Source of the DNA: Fistulifera solaris
Taxonomy: Eukaryota
Assembly (NCBI GenBank): GCA_030295235.1
Contig: AP026126.1
Coordinates: forward strand, 124,001-188,000
Length of the DNA: 64,000 nt
Direction of reading: 5' to 3'
Each line of letters begins with the position of its first letter. Within the stretch, counting starts at the first letter, position 1. Below, piece by piece: positions 23,453 to 35,272 of the stretch. The notes below the pieces were generated by a model that saw only the letters and a list, made by a program, of their open reading frames with translations, was not told the origin of the DNA and did no database searches. The translations under genes were made by a program, and so were the position numbers.

Positions 23453-25562
23453 TTATTTATTGTTCGAGGTGTCTTGACTTCCCAGGCCGAGTAGAGCCGC
23501 CAATTGTAGTTGCTCAATACTAAGATTCCCCGCCCCCGTCAGTTGGTTCTGAAGAGCTAATAATCCGTGAGCCGACTGATCTGGTGCCTGCTGTCGCTGC
23601 TGGAGCCGAGAAAGAATATCAACGCCTTGATTAGGCCTGGAGGCGGAACTGCTTTGTCCCGTTATGGACTGAGGCTGAACGAGAAGAGCTTGGAGCTGGG
23701 AAATTTGGCTACCGAGCTGTTGCTGCTGGGAAACCATGTCTTGAACCCCAAGTCTGTTTGACTGACTAAGCTGCTGTCCCATCAATGGAGCCGCATTCGT
23801 GGGAAGCATACTATTGGGCTGCATTTGACCGAGAAGCGATGAAACTGTGGCTGGAACACCATTCGGGGCCTGAGTGCTACTTTGACGAGATTGCGAGGAG
23901 CAATTCGATGGAACGGGCCCATTCAGACTGGGAAAATGAGGCACACTCATCTGTGATTCAATCGGTTGTGGTAGCGAAGAAGCACCAGCTGAACAAGGCT
24001 CGACCCCATTGTCACCGCTTGCTCGCTGGTTTTGAAGAAGCGTAGCTAGATTGGCCAGGACACTTGGACCGCCACTGAGAAGAGAATTGATGTCGATATT
24101 AGAGGAGAGTTGAGGACCATTGTTGCTTCCATTGAAGATGCCTGTGTCGCTATTGCGCCTTGCCTCGCCTGATGGCGCTGTCACAGCAGGACGAAACGAC
24201 AAACCACCATTCTGACCTACATTCGGATCTTGCAATCGAGGGAGGAGGCGGCCTGAGGTAAGGCAGGGCTATCCAGCAAGGTTCCTTGCAGTTGACGGAG
24301 TAGAGCAGTAGCGGCTGGGTGACTAATGAGCTGCTGCAGGTCATGCGCAGTCGCCGGTGCCGGAGATTGCAGGGGAGCATTAGCAGCAGGCTTAAAATGT
24401 TGCTGTCCCTTCTGTTGTAGAAGAAGTGTAAAAATGTCCGGACCGCCTGCCGCTTGACTACTAGAGGTGCCGCCCGTAAGGTGGTGTAGTCCTTGCATGT
24501 TATTACAAGGTGCTGCTGAGGATTGTCTTACAGGAGATGCGTTGGTTCTATTTTGCAATAAGATGGCCAAAAGATCAGCGATGTTTCCTGTCGGGGAAGC
24601 AGAAATGCCTGATTGCTGCTGGGCTGTCAACAAAGACAAAACCGATGATAAAGGATCAGCTCCCCTTGGCTGTGCAGGTGCAAGTGCAAGTCCTTCAGTC
24701 ACTAAGGATGCTAGGCGCTGCATAATTTCATTACGGCGAAGTTCAAGCGCCTGAAGAACTAGTCCTCCTACGACATCTCCACCACTTCCGTTATGACCGA
24801 CAGAGGCCGCTACAGCGGCTGGTGCATTCTGAGAATCAAAGACAGTTCTCCTGAATTCCCGGTCGCGAATCCGTTTCCCCCTCGCCCAATCGCGGCTCGG
24901 CCAGCATCTCCTGTGTTTAATTCAAAACCAACTTGGGCTTCAACTTCATCGTTGTCTTCCGGAAGAGGATTTTGTCTTGAAAGAGCGTAAAAGTCGGGAG
25001 CAGGAGCATCTGAATTTTCTGCATTTTTCTTCTCGTCTTTTCCCGACAAACGCTTCATTTTCTCACAGAGTCGAGGGAGCCCTCTTAGAAACAGTTCGTG
25101 ATAATAGGAATTGTAATCGGGACCGTGAGCGATGCGCTTGAATCCCCATCCGTTCACCTGCCGAGCGAACGAAGAATAGCGACCATGGCGGAAGTAGAGA
25201 GGGATTACCTTCTCTTCGAAGGCTTTATGCTGAAGGATGCGAAAGGCTCGTCCGTGTGGCAACCATGACACTATATTGGAGAACTCAGGATTCGATAAGA
25301 TGGCATGCAGCTTCATCGGAAACGTCTGAACGGACTCTCTTGTCTCGTCCGTTGACAGGAGCATAGCTTTATCTTTCGAGTAGTCATGATAAACGGCTTG
25401 CGAATCCTCGCCCATGGTTTTGGAGTCATGATTACCGGCGTTTGGGGTCTTCCTCGGCTTTTCTGCATTACTACCGGCTGTAGAACCACTAGAGGAAAGG
25501 GAGTCTGTATCCGACTGCTCAGTTATACAGCTAGACTTGCTCGGCTTGCCTTTTTCTGACAT
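23453..25562 (-). CDS. Heat-shock-factor-type transcription factor with Gln/Leu/Ser-rich C-terminus
   Basis: FPMKLHAIL...IVSWLPHGRAF...YFRHGRYSSFARQVNGWGFKR...YYHELFLRG. ORFs 24217-24723 and 23453-24235 continue it through frameshifts. Confidence 0.9.
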
Positions 25563-27038
25563 GTTTGAAAGAGTCGGTTTGATTAGAAAGTGCGGAATAA
25601 ATAGACAGAGTTCGCTGTGTTGCTGTTTCATCCTCAGGAAAAGCAAGCAACTGAGAAAACGATTCTGTCCGTTTTCTATCCTTTGGAAAACACGTGCGAT
25701 TTGTACCGGCAGATCTGAACCATGAATTACGCAATTCTTCGCATCTGTTATTTCCACAGCTTGATCGTGACGTATGCAAACAAGCTTACACTACAAAGTA
25801 CTTACACAATACAAGTACCGTACTGCAGAGCGATGTTTGCGTCAGACGAGTAGTATCGAGAAGGGCAGGCGTCAGAAACGCCTCTTGATGTTGCACGCTG
25901 TGCGTACCAGGTATTAGTCTCGAAATTCGCCAAGAAACCGGAAGAGCGTTTCTGGTTTCTGGTTTCCACAACCTATTTCACGCTGTCACATGAGGAGTAC
26001 ATTAGACATTAGATGATGTAAATTCGTGACTCGTGACCCACGATGTAGCGAGGAATGAAGCCAGCTAGGAACATAAACAAGTTACCGTAGGTTGACATAC
26101 GCATGATTTTCGTCTTCACGATTCACAACTTGCAGCAAATAGTTCGGTCTAAAAATGTTTTTTCAAACGATGTCGTCTAAGTTTGTTAGGACAACTGTTG
26201 CAAAGCTTACATTGTCAGAAGTCTTTGAAGTAATTGTCGGCATTTCCTAGTCTTGTTTACCGACCCTCTACAGAAAATAGCAACAGACCCAGACACAGTC
26301 CCTACGCTTGATCAATTTCACATGAAACGCGGTGCAATTTCTTTTCCACTAAGCGCAATGCCCATTTTAAGATACTTGACTGTTAGGATGACACAAACAT
26401 TATAATATGCCTCTGATAGCTTAGATCACGCTACCTTTTATTGATTCTTCGAACATGCATAGCCGTTGGAATTTGAAAGCAGTGGCTCATGGAACATATC
26501 TTGGTTGAAGAAAGTAAAAGAAGTATGCCTGAAAAGTGGAGTCCGTTTGAAGTACTACGTTGATTCTTAGTGTTCATAGTCAAGCATACATCTTTCCATG
26601 AAAGTTGCATTCACAAGTCTCAACGGCTTGGCTGCTGTGTAATATGCCGTACACAAGACAGCAGAGATAAATGTGGTCCATCAATCCCGTTTCTTGACTC
26701 GTGATCTACGAAACTATTCTTCCATTCCTTTAACGTCATTAGCCCAAATTAAACAAGCATCGATTCAAAAACTATGCAGAGATTCAATTTGTTGTGACAA
26801 GTTAGAAGTATTTCACGTCCTGAGTGTCTGCAATTACTTTTTACCCTAAACTATTTTTTACTTTTACCACATATATTTTGAATGATTCGCTAATCGGTCC
26901 ACAAGATAGCAGACCAAAAATGATCAAGGGGCTATGTACAAACTGCCCGCCTTTTGCGTGTTAACACAAATAGTACAAGAACGTACGCAAAGGAAATGGT
27001 CATTGCGATAGAGGAGCGCGTGAAACTTCAACCGCTAA

Positions 27039-27641
27039 TCAATGGACAGGGTTACCACGGTCAAGTCCGACGCGTTCCTGTGTAGAAGGTTCTTCTTGAA
27101 CTAAATGCTGCAGGTGAATCGGATGCACTAACTCTCCACTGACACTGCAAATAAACATTCCATCGTCTTCCGTGACCGTCCTCCAGTCCCAGCCTTCCGC
27201 GGCAAACTCGAGGGCATTGCGTTCGGCGTTTTCTTGCAGTTCATGGCGGTTGGACCAAATTCGTGACTTGATGCGGTCACTGTACTCGTATCGAGTGGGA
27301 ATGGGAACGACGTCAACTTCGTCTTGAAAAGCAATCTTCCGGCTTTTCTTTTCGTTCACTGACGTTGTACAATCAATCTTCAAGGGTTCTTGAAAAGACT
27401 GTACCCCACCAAGAGGAGGACGTGCAGCGCTACCATCGGGCGGCGATGGTTGATGGGAATATCCCACACCCATGCCCCGAAGGATTCGTAGACGTCGATG
27501 CTGTGCCGCTGTCATAGGCTGTGCGGTGGAAGATGGGGCATCGTAAATTCCCAGACGGTTCAACAGTTTCGATCTGATTTGCTGATCTTGCGAAGGCGTT
27601 CGCTGATGTCGCGGTGATAGTGATTTAGGAGGAGAGCTCAT
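27039..27641 (-). CDS. Diatom-type hypothetical protein (IxF..V.V.PIP...IWS...EFAAEGWDW family)
   Basis: 200-aa intact ORF from ATG to stop. Confidence 0.8.
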   Translation of the reverse strand: MSSPPKSLSPRHQRTPSQDQQIRSKLLNRLGIYDAPSSTAQPMTAAQHRRLRILRGMGVGYSHQPSPPDGSAARPPLGGVQSFQEPLKIDCTTSVNEKKSRKIAFQDEVDVVPIPTRYEYSDRIKSRIWSNRHELQENAERNALEFAAEGWDWRTVTEDDGMFICSVSGELVHPIHLQHLVQEEPSTQERVGLDRGNPVH

Positions 27642-28219
27642 ACGGTCTTTTGCGATTAAAGGTTATGCTTGCAATGTTGTGATGCGCTCACGTCCAGCTT
27701 TTTTGTGAAATACGAAAGAGAGGAGAGCGGAGAGCTTCACGCTGCTGCTGCGGCAAACACCGCGGCAACCCGCGACGATGCCTCCTCAAAAAAGAAGAAA
27801 AGTCGTCGTCAAGCGTCTCGGACGAGCAATGGTTAATCTACCTGTAAAAGTATGCGTAGAATATGTACCTAAATTTACTGTACAGCAAACGATGAAACGC
27901 AATCCGCAATCCGAGAATGCACAAAAATGGTCTATACTTTATGGGACCGCTATTATCTCAAAAGAAAACATCGGCAGCATTATATCATAATAGTGTACCA
28001 TTGTTTTTCATTGTATGACGCTGCTTGTTGTTTCTTGTTTTACTCCGTATCGTTTATCCCGTGTCTGTGTTTGTTTTTTATGGGTGTGCCTTCGTCCGTT
28101 CTTCAACAAAAGCAAAGATGTACGTCACCGCATCCAAAATCCAACCCACATTCAACGCGGTAGTGGTAAACAGGTTCGTGACTTGTGTCTCGTGTCATTA
28201 CTTGCACTTAGAAGTAGGG

Positions 28220-28464
28220 TGTCTGATGTCAGAACATTGAGAAGTTCCAGGTTCCAGTGAGATAAGGGAAAACGGTGGTTTCTGTCAGAATGAAGGTAAA
28301 TCTTTAGGAATTTTCTGATCTTTCTCTTTGTTTAAGTTATGACCGTAAAAGTTCAGGATTTTTGACGAACAAAGGAAAGGTATAGTCTAACTGTACCAGG
28401 GAAAGAATTTACTCCGGAGTACTATTTAGTTACTCCCTAAAACTAAAAACAAGTACATAAGACA
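28220..28464. mobile_element. Candidate lone LTR / small element (245 bp)
   Basis: TGTCTGATGT...ACATAAGACA termini (9/10 inverted match), AT-rich interior, purine run AGAAGTAGGG immediately 5'. No TSD. Confidence 0.4.
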
Positions 28465-28544
28465 GCTCAGGGTTGAGGATAGATCCTTGACGGTTGATGG
28501 GCAGATGAACGAATGCGTTGCGCGCGTATCTCTTCGCGTGCAAC

Positions 28545-28781
28545 CAAGTTTCCCTTGTCGTTAGGGCTTTACTTACGAGGATAAAGATATCTGAGAAAGA
28601 TAAGAATGCAATAGATGCTAAAGCTCGTAAGGTGTAAAAGCGTCTTAGAGTAATTGTGCGTTTAAGGCTAGCAGCAAGGTGTTGAAGAGGAAACCCCGAA
28701 GGGATGAAAACCTCTCGGACGTGGTGAGGGAATATGCCGTACCATGACAGACATACCCGTATAGACCGCATATTTTACTTG
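28545..28781 (-). repeat. 3' LTR (237 bp)
   Basis: Matches 34901-35138 except one substitution and one 1-bp indel. Preceded on the minus strand by a polypurine tract (PPT), GAGGGGAC. Confidence 0.97.
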
Positions 28782-28845
28782 GTCCCCTCAAATCGTTCAT
28801 CATCCCGTGTTGGACGATTTGTTATTCACCTCACGCCAGTTATCG

Positions 28846-31800
28846 TTAATAGTAAGCAATATCTCCGAAGAGAGTATCGTGTATACTTACTTAACCGTTT
28901 AGGTGAGCGTGTCAGCTAGATTCTTGTGCGTAGGAATCCATATGACCTCGATGATCCCAGCCGCCACATGCCAGCGTGTTAGGTGGTAAGCGACTGAGTT
29001 GTGCTTCTTAGATAGCGTCGATGAAAACTGGGAAGAATTTAACACCACCGAGTTGTTGTCGCAAAAGATTTTACTTGGCTCATTGTCTAACGGTACTCCC
29101 ATCATCCGTAACTTATACCGTAATCCAACAATCATTTCGATGCACGTCTTCATAGCAATAAATTCACTCGCAAATGCACTGGATTCGACCGTCGACTGCT
29201 TCTTGCTAAACCACATCGTCAATGCTCGATTGACGAAGATCTGAATCCCAGTATGCGATTGCCGTGTAACCTGGTTCGCCGCATGCGATGCATCAACATA
29301 TGCAGATATGACCACAGACTTACCCTGTGGCTTCGGCATTCGTGGCGGCAACTCTTCTTTTAGCGTCTCTATAATGTTCTTTGAAATCATCCGCCTGCCT
29401 CGTCATCTGCATTAATTCGAACTTTGGTAACTCCGGCGACATGTAGAGAGAGAATTTCGGATTCCTTTTAATAAACGAAGATACGATAGACCTCCTGTAA
29501 ATGATTCCACCTCGGCATCGCTTGAAAGGATGACAATAGCGAGACCTCGAGCAATATATCGATTCGCCCAAGTTCCGTTGCCCATCGCAAGATGCCGATC
29601 AACTCTTGGAAGTGAGTGATCTCCTCTTCATCAAGCAAACGTGAGTCATCGAGTTCAAATACAATGTTACTGTTCGTTGGTGTACTTAGCGCATTCGGTA
29701 GTTTCAATTTCTTTTGTCCAATTGTCTTTCCAAATTTTCAACTGCCGGCTTTTAGATATTTGTCGCTTGTCACAGACCATCGGGGGAACGCCCGTCCAAT
29801 GTGCGTTGTTTTAATGTCGCCCCGAGGTACATATCTGGTTCCTTTATCTCGTCGTTCTTAAACTGGAAGCTCTGACCCAATTCCTTTAATACCTTAACCG
29901 GGTCATCACTGATGCACATAATGTCGTCAACATAGCAAAGAATATATTCGTAGTATTCATCGCCATTGCCTTTCACTGCTGGTCGCATCCAAACGTCGGG
30001 GTCCGCCACAGAAGGCGCTGAATCCCATTTCTTCCAACCGTAGCAAGGTAGGCACGAAAGGAAGCTCCAGCACCACGTAAGCCATAAAGTGCCCAAACCA
30101 CCAGCATCCAGAGTCCCTCTTCACTTCCAAACTCCGGACCGGCCTTTATATAAATTTTTTCTCGGTTCGGTGCGGTGAGATACGCGTTTTGGATATCGAC
30201 ACACATCACTTTAATTCCGTTGAGAGCCGCGAAGTAATAAACAAATGCGAACAGAGTCACGAGACACAACAGAACTGTACGAAATCGTTGGCGGTGTCTC
30301 TACCTTGTGGCCATCGGCGACAAATCGCGCTTTTCGTCGGAAGCCTTTGCTCAATTTGACATCGAAGATAATATGACAAGTGATCTGATCGTAACCAATG
30401 AGATCTTCTAATTGCCCGTTGTAGACCTCGAACGCCCACGCTGCACGTTTTTCATCTCTTTTTGTATCACGTCGGTACCAGTAAGTATTGCCATTTTCTT
30501 TGTCAAGTTGCAACGCTTCTTTCATCGTCTTAGGAATTCGGATGCCGTACTTATGAGTTCGTTCCCAATACTTTGTTTTTAGCTTTGATAAGATTCGATC
30601 TCGCTTCTTCAACACATGTTTATACCAAAATGCAAATGCTGGCATCTCCTGCAACTCGTGCTTCACTGCATATTCAGCCAGCTCGACCGGATAAGTATTC
30701 TTTAGATCCTTCAATGCAATCCAGTCCGTGAGAGCCGTCCTTCCATTGCACCAGTATTTCCCATCCTTTTGTCGTGATAATGCATCGCCGAGTTCCCGTC
30801 CCCGTCTTTATCCACCCTTTCTCTTTCGGTACCGCTTCGTCGGTCATTCGGTGGTCGAGGATTTCGTCTAACTCGCGGCTGCCATAGCCGTTATCATCGA
30901 CCTGGGATAAAATATTTTGTGCAATGGTGTTAGCAGTAAGCACTTCGCAAACACCGTCAATGTACTCTACCACGTATTGGCTGGTATCGAGGGAGTGGGT
31001 TATCGTCCGGTGTCCCAAGCGGTCTGCCGTCTTTGTCGGTAGCCCTTTTAACTACCCTTGCTGCTACCAGCTTGCCGTCGCGATCACGTTTTAAGCTAAG
31101 CCTCATATCAACATATGAGTCGTTGTTTGGTCCAATCAAATCGTCGGATCCGTGTGGCACAGCTGGGTCATCAATCACTCGTTGGAATTCGTCGAGGAAG
31201 GCTTGGCTCTCCCATTCTAGCACTCCTAAACACAAGTCATCCGGGTATATCGTTCGGTACCTCGAGTGGCTGTCGCCAAGCTCCTTCAGCTTGCATTGAA
31301 GTCGGCCATCCGTGCCTTCCACTCGTCCGTTTGCATCTCGAGCCGCGTTAACCGTTGGACCGTTGTGACTGAAATAGGGATGCCAGACTCCGGTAGGATC
31401 CAATATGCCATTAAGTTGCCAACATGGTGTGAGACTCCTAGCCAGCGCCCCAGACTGTTTTCACCCAGTCCGGCGTTGCTGCGATAAACAACATAATCAT
31501 AGAAACCAAAGTCAGTATACTCACTGATGTCGGGCGTCTCGCCTGTTAGGCATTCCAACGGCGTCCGTCCATCGGAATACTTTGACGAATTGACAGTGAG
31601 GTTGCCAATCTCTGATACCCACTTAAGGCCGTAGTCCCAAAGCCGTCGTGGCACGTTAAAGCTTGTGCATGGCTCGGTAAAGTTTCATCTTTAGCTGTCC
31701 AATTCCCTGCTCCACCGGGTTCTGGTTGACCCGATCCTTTTCTGTCACGTGAGATAGGATGTCATAGCGTCGCATCATTTGCTGGAAACGCGTGTTAGCT

Positions 31801-34506
31801 CGCACTTGGGCCGCTGCACCATCATGTACTAGCCATTCAGGTGCGCCAAACTCATGACAGAAAGAATGCAATGAGCAATGAGTTACCAATTGAGTCACCC
31901 GTCTTATCCTTCATCGGGTACACTGCGGACAAGCCACCTTTCTTCCAATATACCTGGGCGTACTTCATTCCTGTCAAGGACTTAACGTCGGCATGCAATG
32001 TGTCAGTGGACACTTTACCTTTTATGTGAGGCACAATATAGCGTCGGTCGGCACGGTAACGTCGGGGCGAGTGGTAAAATCGCTGATCGTGTGCCGCGTT
32101 GCCATGTGGCCCGCAAGGTTGCCTCAGCCTGCTTCTCTCCTATGTTCCATTGCTCACTTAAATGTATCGGCGTCACCTTTGGATGTCGTTCGGGAAGATT
32201 CAAATGTTCGTCGTGGGTAGATCTTCAAATCCAAGTCTCGGTTCCGGCGCTGAAGTCCCCTCAAATTCGGTCCCCTCAGGCCGAGTCGCGAGTCAAACAT
32301 CTGTAGATGAAACACGAATCTCTTCATCCGATGTAACACTAACAGAAGCAAGAGCATGCTCTTTGAGAGCGACAAGGGCTGGAGAGATGTCAAACAAGCC
32401 GGGCTCCTGGACAATATCAAAGTGCAAAGATGAGGTCACGAGTGACAAACGGAACATCTGGTTGCAGCGCAACGTCGCGTGGGTTCCATTCGTTTTTGTT
32501 TGTGAGATGCAAGTGGCGACAGGTATCCAGTTCAAACCAAGTCATCTATCTGCAATGTCAAGCGGTCTTCTGATGGATCAAAGGGTTGTCATTCACCACA
32601 ACACCGTTATAACGCAATTGATTTGGATTCCAAAGTGTGTGGGGAAGTTTAGAGCCATAATACAAGCATTCGTTCAAAACTAGGATAACTGTTTAGCCAG
32701 TTACCGGATTCGTCCACGCCGTCGCTGGCCGTAACAATCGGCACGCTTCGCACCGGTTCGTATGATGCGTCGTATGGATAAACATTGGCAGTGCGGTTAG
32801 TGTAAGAAAGAACAACAAAGTTCTTACCGGCGCAACACGTGTCGGCATTGGAATCACATTCGTTGGCCGGCCGATACACCTGGTTGCGGAATAGCACTGC
32901 GTGTCGCTTGCACTGATCTGTCGTTGGCAGTGGAGCGTAGTCGATTGGAAATAAGAGATAGAATGATCATCGCCTGTTCGTTTCGTCCACCATGAACTGT
33001 ACCAACGGGGTCGGTGTTAGCTTGTGCGACTGTAATCGTAAAACCTGCATTTGGAGATTGAGAAGCAGCGCCAGTCAATGCTGAAATCAATGTTGCTGCG
33101 TCCATTTGCTGATTTCCTGTGTTAGCCGCATTGATGGAACGGTTGTTTAGTCGCTGCGCTTTATATGCTGCTCGGGCGTCGCAGATCTTCTGCCAATCGT
33201 GGGGCTGCATCTGCCGGATTTCGTCGTCTGAAAAATCATAAGATGGATGGACGTTCAACTTGTTACCATTTTTCAAAGTAATCGTGTACTCGTCGTTGCG
33301 GTTGCGTGTCCCACGTCCTTTCCTGTTTTTGAATCTCGCATTTTTACCTTTGGCTTTGTGAGCGTTCTTTTCGTTGTTCTTTTGCGTTGTTGCTGACCTG
33401 ATGTTGCAATTAGAAACGCCTCCTGGTTTCACATGCTGTTGAACAATTTGACGGGTTAGGGCAAGAGCTTGTTCAAAACTCATGTCAGGAACTGGCTTTG
33501 AAAGGCCAGCCATGATCATGGCATTCATCGCGACAAGAGGTTGGTAAGAGCTTCGTCTTCTTCACCAACAGCTTCGTCATGTCTGTGTCGGAGTAACGGA
33601 CAATACCATCTCCAGCGTTGGAGTTAAGAACATGAAAAGCCGTCACCAATTCTTGCTCAAACTTCGTCCAAGTGTAGCCCGCTTTTTCTCCTGCGAAGAA
33701 CGAACCATCAATGACGCGTTCCGCGTCGAGCAACTCAACCCGGTACACGCCTGTCCCTTCGTATGTCGCCTTTAATGCTGCCCAATCCGTGCGGCCGCAA
33801 GCCTTTGCCGCATGGGTGCTTACCGTCGCCTCCGCCCCGTATTACCTGCAATGAAGCTGGCAATGTAAGTGTGGACCTGCAACGTATCCGCCTTAAACTG
33901 CGGACCGTCAAGAGGAGCAGCCATGACGTAACGGTCGAGCGCGCTCAGGACCAAGAGTCACATCATAAATGGGCTGCTCAATGTCACGAATGACATAGGA
34001 CAAAGGAATGCCCATCGCGTTAGGAACCTGGCGCAAGAAGTTAACCACCAACGGCTTCCCACTTAGCCCACGTGTCGCTCGACTTGAACGGGTTCGGCTT
34101 GGCAGCTGTTGCAGTGATCTTTGCATTAGCAATGAATGCTGCACGGACTCCAGCCAACTTCGATGAGTTCGGTGCCGCCTGCACCGGGAACACCGTCGTT
34201 GCCGGGTCAAAACCACAGATCTCGCACTCCTTCGCCCCATGCAATGAACGCCTTCATGCAGTTGCGTGCGCGAGGAGGAACACAAAACGGTTGCTCAGGG
34301 ATCTGAGCGAGTTTGGCAAGCTCCTTCTCCAACTGCTCGAACTTAATGTTGCGAGCCTGGCGAAAGGAGTCACCAAAAATCTCCAGCGCGATGAAGCGAG
34401 CAGGAGTAACCATGTTCGCATCAACTGGAGGGGCGTTTGGGATGCCACAGAGGGCCATGATCTGGGTCACGGTCTGGGGAATGGCGTCGGGAGGCAACTG
34501 TTCCAT
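28846..34506 (-). CDS. gag-pol polyprotein of second copia element, fragmented by many indels
   Basis: gag MEQLPPDAIP...GGRNEQA; PR ECDSNADTCCAG; IN VSTDTL, VHDGA, QNPVE; chromo-like EILDHR...WEILVQWKDGS; RT RKARFVADG, DIQNAYL, ALYGL, YVDD; RNaseH YVDASHA, SSAFASEF, KKHNSVAYH, NLADTLT. Confidence 0.92.
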
Positions 34507-34900
34507 GGTATCCTGAAATAATAAAATAGGTAAATGAGTTCGTTAGTCGTTTTCGTAATCGTGTTTCATCACGATCCATTTTGTGTGAGCATCGCATCCG
34601 CGTAATGCATACAACACAAGAGAGAGATAAATACTTCTCCTTTACTTCGTTTCAAGCGGCTTGTTTGAGCCAGCTTCGGACAGCGCATTCTGACCGCATC
34701 GTTGTCGGTTCATCCCGACCGTCTTGACCATTCCGTTGGTCTGTGACTCGCAAAGCATGCACAACGGCATGTGCTCAAGTATCGAAATACCGGTCACTTT
34801 GCACCTCTATCGGTAGATGCAACGATCGGCACATGCCAGATCGCTTCGCCGTCGTTTTTCGTTTTTGTGCTGCGGCTCGCGGTGGCTGGGTCTGATAAAC

Positions 34901-35138
34901 CAAGTTTCCCTTGTCGTTAGGGCTTTACTTACGAGGATAAAGATATCTGAGAAAGATAAGAATGCAATAGATGCTAAAGCTCATAAGGTCGTAAAAGCGT
35001 CTTAGAGTAATTGTGCGTTTAAGGCTAGCAGCAAGGTGTTGAAGAGGAAACCCCGAAGGGATGAAAACCTCTCGGACGTGGTGAGGGAATATGCCGTACC
35101 ATGACAGACATACCCGTATAGACCGCATATTTTACTTG
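34901..35138 (-). repeat. 5' LTR (238 bp)
   Basis: Direct repeat of 28545-28781, followed on the minus strand by GTTTATCAGACCCAG. Confidence 0.97.
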
Positions 35139-35272
35139 CAACTTCTCGCCCTCGCTTGCTTCGTCCACTTCTCACTTCTCACCCTCAAAAGTGCTACAGT
35201 AAAAACAACGGATAATCTGAAACTGTAAATAATTCCCAGGCTTTGCTTTGTATCATTATCGCTATTAACCGA

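Larger units (their letters stand above)
28545..35138 (-). mobile_element. Full-length Ty1/copia LTR retrotransposon (CoDi-I-like, chromodomain-bearing)
   Basis: Two near-identical LTRs; flanking duplication CAAC (28541-28544 and 35139-35142); gag-PR-IN-chromo-RT-RNaseH; PBS-like and PPT sites. Confidence 0.97.

Noticed and set aside
28680..28720. Hammerhead ribozyme in the LTR
   Set aside because: GAAA and a hairpin are present, but the CUGANGA core is absent on both strands.
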